DNA of 58,148 nt, the filler included, from Jimgerdemannia flammicorona (taxonomy: Eukaryota), in assembly GCA_003990765.1 (NCBI GenBank). It is 2 parts of 2 records of this genome, joined end to end, with 100 filler letters (N's around TTAATTAATTAA, not from the genome) between each part and the next. Parts side by side here need not be neighbours in the genome. Positions count along the whole stretch, not along the records: positions 29,126 to 58,148 come from RBNJ01000527.1; 1 more part is not named here. One strand, 5' to 3'. Shown here piece after piece: positions 49,937-58,148 of this stretch. Below the pieces are notes generated by a model, which was given only the letters and a program-made list of their open reading frames with translations, made no database searches and was not told the DNA's origin. Both the position numbers and the translations under genes were made by a program. Within the stretch, counting starts at the first letter, position 1, and each line of letters starts with the position of its first letter.

Positions 49937-50945
49937 CTATACAAAGATATTATACTTATCAGATTTGTTAAATATGAACTTGTTAAGTAGTACAAGTAGA
50001 GTAGGACTCAGAATAGATACTGGTAGCATAAGTATATCTATTACAATAGTTATAACTATGACTATTCTTATAGTAGTATCAATAATAATAAATAGATAGT
50101 ACTCTTAAATAAATTGAATTAATTCAAATCAAATCATTTTAGGGATAATTCAAATTAAATTGAATTGAGGGTCTAATTTAAATTAATTGATAATATATAA
50201 ATTATACATTATTAATCTTATATCATCAATCTACATATATATTCAAATAATCTATTTATTTATTTATATTTCTATTCTGAATAACTTATTCAAGACTTGT
50301 ATATCTGGCCTTAGCATTTATCATCTAATGTAAGTTATTATATATATAGTCTTTTTCTTTAAAAAAAGATCAGAGATTGATAAATCAAGATGCTGACAGA
50401 TCTTGAGAATAATATAATATATTTTACCATATCTTTTATAATTATAGTAAGTTTTAAGAAGATGATCTCTTGGCTTTAGAGTGATAGGGAGCAGGGCAGG
50501 TAGGGGTAGGGCAGATAGGAGAAGAGCAGACAGGGGTAGGGCAGGCAGAGGCAGAATAGGTAGAGGTAGAGACAGCTGAAGAGATAGCAGAGACAGCTAG
50601 AGTAGCTACAGCCAGAATGGCTGAAGTGGCTGAAGTAATCAGAGTAACTGGAGCCAATACTGAGACTAAGACTAGGACTAGAGCAGTAGTTAGAACTAGA
50701 GCAAAAGCTTAAAAAGCAATAGCAGAGAGGTAATAGTAGAGACAGCCTGAGGAGCAATAGTTGAGATAAACTGCTTAAGTACTTTCTCAATCATTTTCTT
50801 CTATAGCTTATATTTATATTTAGTAGTCTCTTTTCTATTATCATTTAACCAAATAATAATCATTCCAATTATTACATTCAGATTATCAAAATACTATAAG
50901 AGATAATTTAGATAATTTCAAAGATTAGTTGCCATTTTGTTTTTA

Positions 50946-50977
<32 letters not shown>

Positions 50978-51007
50978 GATGGTAGCTTAGATAGCTTATT
51001 TATAATA

Positions 51008-51432
51008 GCTAACAAGTAAGCCCCAAGAGGTGCTGAGAGCTTTGAATATACATTATACTGAGAGCTTCAAATATGTATGATACTAAGAGTTTTAGTTAGT
51101 AGTGATATAATAAGCAAGTCAATACTAGCCAATAAGTAAGCCCTGAGAGTATTAAATATAATACTAAGAGCTTTATAAACAAGTTAGAAATAAGTCCCAA
51201 ATTAGTGATATAGCTTTGCAAGCTTTGAATATAATATTGAGAGTATTAGCTAATAAGAGAGTTTTGAGAGCTTTGAATATAGTACTAAGAGTACTAGCCA
51301 ATAAGTGAGAGCTTCAAATATGATACTAAGAGCTTCAGATAGTAATGTAATAAGTTAGCCAAAAGTGAGCAATATGATATAATTAATGCTAACCAATAAG
51401 GGACCTGAGAGCTTTAAATATAAACTGAGAGC
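51008..51432. repeat. Cluster of degenerate short repeats (GAGAGCTT(C/T)(G/A)AATA and TAGCCAATAAG units), possibly hAT subterminal repeats
   Basis: Many copies of gagagctttgaata/gagagcttcaaata and (t)agccaataag, lying 3' of the hAT transposase relic. Confidence 0.55.
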
Positions 51433-51594
51433 AGTATGTTTATTAGAAATTATATTTGAATATTATAATATATCTGTGAATTATCAATATCTCATATTAC
51501 TTATAATAACTTAATATATATTTATTTAGTATTTTGAGATTATTTTGAGATTAGCTAGCTTATTATTACTATATCTTTAAACATATATATATAT

Positions 51595-52550
51595 TTACAA
51601 ATTGTTTTAGAGTTTAAAGTACTCCTTTTAGATACTATAAGATCTTTATTACTTAAAAATACTCTCTCTATAAGTGCACTTGTTGCTGGGATAGCTAAAT
51701 AGTTATATATCATTTTTGCTAGATTTGAATAATCTCTACTATGGCCCTAATGTTCCCAATGAATTAAATTAAATTAGGAAATAAATAATATTTTGAATTA
51801 GATCTATAATATTTCAAATTAGACCAACTTATTTACTACTAAGATAATGTAACAACTCTAAGTTAAAAATTAATAGTTTTACTTTTTAAATAACTATCTA
51901 ACTCTTTCTCAGAATTTTTTATCAGTTTTTGTCTTTTGTTGAATATATATTCAGATAGCTCAGTATCAATATCATCATTATCATCAATATTGATATTAGC
52001 TTCTATTTCAGAACTTATATAATAAACTGATGGAGGGGTATAGTTTTTATTATAAACTATATAAACTATTCTTTCAGCTACTTCAATCTATATAGTTTAC
52101 CAAATATGGTTTAAATAATATTATAAGTTAAGTCTGAGATTAAGAACAGATTTTTATTCAAAAAATAAAATAAATTTCAAATTGAATATATAGTTCAAAA
52201 TTTTGAAATAGTTTTCAGTATTAAGTAAATTTCGAAATATTTACTTACCAGTATCAATATAATAAATTGGATGATCTGTCTATGAATAGTATTTCTCTGA
52301 CTTATCAATAATTGCTATTAGTACCTATTTAATGAGAGTACTCAGCACTTTTGATTCTTTTGTTTTTGCTATACAATTTTGAAATACTTTATCATTATCT
52401 TCCAATATATTCAGTAGAAAGTTATAAATTGGAATAGTAGAATAAATTATTAGATATTTTTGCTAAGTTGCAAGATTTATTACATATTGAAAGCTCTTTA
52501 ATATCACAATGATATCTTTTAGTAAATGCCAAGTATATTGTGGTATTGGT
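51595..52550 (-). pseudogene. hAT-superfamily transposase, C-terminal part, cut by the E5 insertion
   Basis: WHLLKDIIVILKSF...TIPIYNFLLNILED, KSEKYYS*TD, VLNLRLNL (LDPR motif), and dimerisation domain YSNLAKMIYNYLAIPATSALIERVFLSNKDLIVSKRSTLNSKTI; intron-like GTAAGT donor near 52248. Confidence 0.85.
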
Positions 52551-53024
52551 TATGTATAATGAACTTTGACTGCACGGCTCAATGTGTGCCACTGGTGAAG
52601 TGCATGATGTATAACTGAATGCGTTCGCGATGATTATGGGTCGATGGTCACATGACAGATCGTTCGATTCATGCGGTAATAATAATAGCAGGAGATCGTT
52701 CGACGATGGTGGCTCAATTGTTTAGTGGATGAGGTCGTTTGATTGTTCAATAGCTCAATATCCAGTAGAAAAGGGCATTCCTGGTGGTGATTAACTTGGC
52801 GGCAAACTTGAATTTATGCAGCAATGGTCTTGACGGTCTTGCTCTTTATGTAGTCAATTAAAGCGGTCTGTGGCGCAGTAGGTCGGGAAACAGAGGTTGA
52901 CGGCTCGCTCGTCCGTCTTGACTTTAAATGGTTCATGGCGGTTGTTTGGGTCTTTGGCAGTGGTCTTCTCTTTGGCGGTCTAGTATCCTTTGGCTGGGTA
53001 TCCTTGGGTTTCTGGGTCTTGAAT

Positions 53025-53100
53025 CTCGAATGGCGGTCGAATGGCGGCGGTCCGAATGGTGGTCGAATGGTGGTCGAATGGCAGTCGAATGGCAGCAGTC
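53025..53100. repeat. 11-bp tandem repeat (GGTCGAATGGY) x~6 in the E5 LTR
   Basis: ggtcgaatggcggcggtccgaatggtggtcgaatggtggtcgaatggcagtcgaatggc. Confidence 0.85.
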
Positions 53101-53433
53101 GGGTAACGTTTTCTTTCTTTCTGTGGCAAGAGAAAATTCTTTAACTCAAACTTCTGAGCGATCCATTGCTCTAGGTTGTTATCTTGTTCTCAGAATTTAT
53201 CCGGTCTCTTGGAGGCAGTGGTTTCTTTGTAATCCTTTTTACTTTTAAACACAAGCTGACTGAGGTTTATTCACTCTAAGAATATGGGTTATTTATACAA
53301 GTTTGCTAGCTATGGGGGAGGGGGCGCGACTAAGGCTAAGGTATACTATATTGTGGTGAACTTTGCTATGCTATTAGCTTGCATAATACGAGGTGCAGGC
53401 TATTGTTTACTACAGATTGGGTTATAGGGGATA

Positions 53434-53637
53434 GCAACGCTGGATTCGGACCTGCTGACAAAATGCTGAAAACGGTGGTACTGAGTAGCAACACTGGATT
53501 CAGATGGGCTGACATGATACGATGATTGTTGCTAGAAGTGGTTGTGGAGGGTGGCAACGCTGGATTCGGACCTGCTGACAAAATGCTAAAAACGGTGGTA
53601 CTGGGTAGCAATGCTGGAAATGGACTTGCTGACAAAA
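53434..53637. repeat. ~80-bp direct repeat with a 120-bp period in the E5 U3 region
   Basis: gcaacgctggattcggacctgctgacaaaatgct(g/a)aaaacggtggtactg(a/g)gtagcaa at 53434 and 53554. Confidence 0.9.
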
Positions 53638-53743
53638 GCTGGGTTCTCATGGCTGATGAGCGGTACTCTAGAGGAAATAGTACCCTTCATCCATGGCAGG
53701 CAAATCTTGCTGGGTTGTGATTTCTTCTTCATCATATCTCTCC

Positions 53744-54730
53744 TCAAAGGGGGGAAGCACCGGCCAAGAGGTGAGGGGGGTAGAAAAGTGGCCAGTCATC
53801 TTCAACAACATTCTCCAACCCTTGAACAGCTTGAATGTGGACAGAGGACTGATAGACTCTCTGTTGCTCCTCTTCTTCTTCTGAAGACTTGTCAGTTTCA
53901 GTGTCAGAGTGGGTTTCTTCAGGGGCAGGGCCTTGGAGTTCTTGGGCCTCCTCTTCAAAGACAGGAACTTCTTGGGCTTCTTCTTGATTCGGTTCCCAAA
54001 TGATGAGGTGTGAATTGTGGCTGACTGGGTGGTGGGTAGTTGGGGTAGCTCTAATGGGTACCTCTATAGTGATGGGCGGTCCTTCAAATATCTCCATAAG
54101 ACTCATTAGGTGACCTTGATGGTTGTCTCGGAGTGGGGTGGTGTGGAAACCTGGCTGAGTAGGTTCGGTTTGTTGGCTTCCTACAGCGATACAGTTGCTG
54201 CCAATAGCATTGGCTACTTCAGATTCTATCCAGTCAGCATCTTCGGTTGATAGGCAGGAGAGGCTACCAGCTGTTACACCTTGCAAGTATGCTATAGCCC
54301 AGGGAATATAGTGGAAGATTTGGTGGACACAGAGGGCTCTCTTGATTAGCCGGCTGGTGGTTAACATTTCGGCAATGAGGTCTTCCTGGTCGTCTTCTTG
54401 AGGCTCATTGCGAAGGCAGTGTCCGATTTCATAGTCATGCCAGAGGGTCATTCATTTGGTAGTATCTTTGAGTTGTTGGGTTATTATATACCAGTAGTTG
54501 ATGAAGTGTCCAAGGTCCTCAGTGTAGAAGTTCAAGTATTCGGAAGTATCTGGGTGCCAGATGGCCTTCTTGATAGCTTCAAAGATCAGGGTCTTTGAGC
54601 CAGGCAAAGGGGTAGAGTGGCAGGAGGTCTGGTTGGTTCAGCGAATGGGAGGCATTGTGTGGTGGGTACTTGGTTCTTTGGTGCCGATCCTTGAGGTGGA
54701 GTATGGTTCCTTAAATAACGTGGTCTTCAT
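53744..54730 (-). pseudogene. E5 ORFX (~328 codons with two in-frame TGA; 235-aa open part 53744-54451) with an acidic tail
   Basis: In-frame ATG at 54730 and 54655; IFEAIKKAIWH...FYTED...YEIGHCL...ALCVHQIF...AIAYLQGVT aligns with E4 ORFX. Confidence 0.75.
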
Positions 54731-57700
54731 TTAGGCTCAGATCATCTTGTCTTCTTTTGGGATGATCACCTAATGGGTCAGGCTGTCTATTTGATTGTCA
54801 TGCCATTATGTTGTCTGATCTTAGCAGTCACCAGTACTCCATTGTCAATTGTGTATGTCACATCTGCCCCTTGCAAAATTAGAGCCGTCCTCAGTGGTGA
54901 GGGTTACACAGAGTTGGGTAGTCTTAACTCCAGGGACGAGCGGAATGCTGGTGCATTTGTGAGGACTGGCCATCCTTGTCTAGGGCGAGGGCTCCCATAG
55001 TTGCAGCTGGGGGTTCAAACCCATTGGAAATAGTATTACTTGTAATCCGAGGCAATTTCTAAGTAACAATGTCTGTCACGTGGATGGGCTTGAGTCTGGT
55101 TCCAACGTTGTTGGCTTTCTTGAGTTCCAAGTGAAATGTCCATCATATCTCCAGTGGAGATGACACAGACAGAGTGATCAGGATTGTTTAAATGCATTTT
55201 GCTTCTCTTGAGTAGTAGAGTCTTATTTGGTTGTGATGTATGTATCTTGGTCTTGAGTATAACTCCATCCAAGGTCTTGAGTTGATAAGTGTGGTTCGAG
55301 AATACTTGATGTATGAGATAGGGGCCTTTCCATTTTGGTTCAAGCTTGGCACTCCAATTTCCTTCTATGATAGTACGGTACACCAGAACCTGTTGTCCAA
55401 TGAGCAGGGGTTCGAGGTCAGCTTTGTGGTTGTAGTATCTCTTTTGTCATTCTTGTGCCTTGGCGATAAATCCTCGCTTGCTGGTGTATGTTGTATAACT
55501 GGGTGATCTCTTCTGTGACTCGTTTGGACAGATCTAGCTGGACTGGTTCAGTAGGATCTTGTGCTTCTTGGCCATACACCAAATAGAAGGGGGTCTGTTG
55601 GGTAGCGGTTGCCTTAGAGGTATGGATGCTGAACAGAATTGCTGGTAGATAGATGTCCCAGTTTAGTTGATCTCCGGTTCTACTGAGACCTCGCTTGATG
55701 GTCTGGTTCATTTGTTCAGTGAGTCTATTTGCCTGTGGGTGGTAGGCTGTTGTTGGTCGTAGCTTGATCTTGAAGTTGCTCGCAAAGGTCTTCATTGCTT
55801 GGTTGACAAATTCTCGATCTTGGTCTGTAATGATTTCCTTGAACACACCATGGCGGCTGAAAATTTCATTATACAGGATCCCAATAATTGTCTGGGCATT
55901 GGCAGTCTTGATGGCAAAGACTTCAGGCCATTTTGTCAGGTGGTCTTCGATAGTGAGGATGTAGTGTCTTCCTCGGCTGGTTACTGGTAGGGGTCCAATA
56001 ATGTCTATTCCTAGTCTATGAAAGACTCCAACTGGTGCTGCGATTGGTATTAATGGTGCTCTGTTGGTAGGCTTTTGTCAGTATCTTTGGCAGGTATCAC
56101 ATTGTTGAATGTGTGTTGAAATTTGTTTTCTCATTTGGGCCACCAGTATCGCTTCTTGATTCTTGCAATTGTGGTACCAATTCCTCGGTGTGCATTTTGG
56201 TCATGATTTGTTGTCAGGATCTTCAATATTTCTTCTTCTCTTGGAACTCAGGTGTACTGCTCTCCTTATGTTCTCCAAAGTTCGCTATCGCCTTCTTGGA
56301 ATTTCTTGAAATTCCTTTGGATAAACAACTTGTGGGCTGGTTGGATTCCTTTCTTGAAGCTTCTATGGTGCAGACTCCAGGTGAGGGCGAGGCGCAATTC
56401 TTGGTTTATTTGGGTGAGCGGGAAGCAGCCTTCTCTTGTGGGGGCTCCTTCCCTTCTTGTTGGTTTCATGGGATTCTTGACAGGGTATTGATGTTGCAAT
56501 TCTTAGCACCTTTCTTGTAGACAATAGTGAACTGATATTCTTGCAGAGACATGATCCATCTAGCGAAGATTCCTGAGAGCTCCGGCTTGTTGAACAACCA
56601 TTGTAGAGCTTGATGGTCAGTAATGAGGGCAAATCTCTTTCCCAAGAGATAGTGTCGGAAGTGGTCCAGAGCCCAAACTACTACTAGGCATTCCAACTTA
56701 GTAGCTCCATAGTTCACTTGTGTTTCATTCGCGGCCTTACTAGCATATTCGATAACATGCTCCCTCTTCTGGTCATCTTGCTGAGACAGAATTGATCCAA
56801 GTCCTAAGGCTGAGGCATCAGTTGCCAGGATGAATGGTTTGCCAAAGTCTGGTCGCACCAGGACAGGGGCTTCGGTAAGGGCCTTCTTGAGTAGGTTGAA
56901 TGACTTTTGTTGTTCTTCTTTCCAGTAGAATGGTTGGTCCTTCTTGGAGATATCTCGGAGAGGTGCTGCCTTATCTGAAAACCTTGGGATGAATCATAGA
57001 TAATAGGATGCTAGCATAAGGAAGGATAGGGTCTTCTTTGCTGAGGTCGGGGTTGGGTAGTTCTTGACTTTCTCCACCTTGTGGGGGTCGGCATGTGTTC
57101 CTTGAGCTGAGACAACATATCCCAGATATTCGACTTGATGTTTTCTGAAGAAGCACTTCTTGGCATTGAGTCTGAGTCCTGAATTTCGAATGGTATTGAA
57201 TACTTCACGGAGGTCTTGCAAATGCTGCTTGAATGTCTCAGAGTAGATGATTTCATCATCTATGTACACTAGAACATTTCTTCCAATGAGGTTCCAGTAG
57301 ACATAGTTCATCATTCGTTGGAATGAGGTGGGTGCATAGCAGAGTCCAAAGGGCATTCATAGGTATTCATACTGTCCTCGTCTGGTGATGAAGGCCGTCT
57401 TGCAGATATCTTCTTTAGCAATGGGTATTACTTGGAATCCTTGGAACTGGTTGGTAGTGGTCATGTATTTGGCTTTTCCAAGAGCATTGATGAGGTCATC
57501 AATTCTTGGTAGTGGGTAGGCATCTTCTGTGGTGACTTTGTTGAGTTTTCTGAAATCCACGACTAATCTCCATCCTCCTTTCTTTGGTACTATGATTGCT
57601 GGTGAAGCCCAGGGGCTTGATGATGGTCTGATGACTCTATTTCGTAGCATTTCATCTATGTGTTGTTGTTCGAATTCAATCAGGTGATGTGGTGTTCAGT

Positions 57701-58148
57701 AGGGTCATTGTCGGATTGGTCTTGCATCTCTAGTATGTATAGGGTGTTCTCCATATTGATATGGTGGGAAGTTATCATATGTGGTGGTAAATATATCTTT
57801 GTACTCCTCTATCAACTCCTGTATCTGTTGTTGCTGGTCCTTGGTTAGAGTTGTCTCAATGTCGACAGCTTTGATTGCTGAATTTGCTGAGTCTTCCTCC
57901 CTGGTACCGTCAGTCTCACCAGAGAGGGCTTGCCATTTCCCAAGAATTCGAAGACTTCTTCCTTGTAGGTGTCTATCAGTGGTTCAAAATATCCCAATGT
58001 TGTTCCCTTGGGGATAGTTATCACTTCGAAGCCCGAGTTTCTGATAGGGATGTGGATCGGTGACATCTGGTCATGAATTCGTTCTTCAGCCAGGAGGATG
58101 TGGTATTCCTTTTGAAGCTCCAGTGATGGTGCAAATATCAAGTTGTTT

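Larger units (their letters stand above)
52555..53736 (-). repeat. E5 putative 3' LTR (left boundary inferred)
   Basis: Begins TATGATG on the minus strand (cf. E4 TGTGATG) right after the PPT GAGGAGAGA. Shares a TATA/poly(A) block with the E4 LTR. Left end tataatg resembles a decayed tgtaacg. Confidence 0.65.
52555..58148 (-). mobile_element. E5: non-chromoviral Ty3/Gypsy element whose 5' part lies beyond the window
   Basis: RT (57650-56994: LPRIDDL, MPFGL, YIDD), RH (ATDAS, TDH), IN (HHCC, TDQDREF, AYHPQAN, WKGPY), extra ORFs, PPT (53737-53746) and a ~1.18-kb 3' LTR. Confidence 0.92.

Overview
Repeat-rich eukaryotic DNA, probably from an early-diverging (Mucoromycota-like) fungus; the taxon is inferred. 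An artificial 100-bp gap linker at 29026-29125 splits the window into two contigs. Most of it is nested, mutationally decayed transposons. There are five Ty3/Gypsy LTR elements: E1 (428-10652, +), E2 (10653-28794, -, interrupted), E3 (18638-24726, -), E4 (43236-49936, -) and E5 (52555 to the window end, -). There is also a 2.06-kb solo LTR of the E1 family, four L1/Tx1-like LINE copies or fragments, and a hAT transposase relic. A small host-gene island at about 35-40.5 kb holds one intact F-box/LRR gene, two decayed LRR paralogues and a Rossmann-fold pseudogene. Main observations: (1) four Gypsy families share an unannotated, non-Env accessory ORF (ORFX) downstream of integrase, and in the E1 family it lies inside the U3 part of the LTR; (2) four elements encode dUTPase, at two different positions in pol; (3) three carry an unrecognised Cys/His module (CPHGIxMYCxExIx[DE]CxxC) next to dUTPase; (4) the repeats show strong C>T/G>A decay at CpG and CpA. 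All homology calls come from reading translations by eye; no database searches were run.
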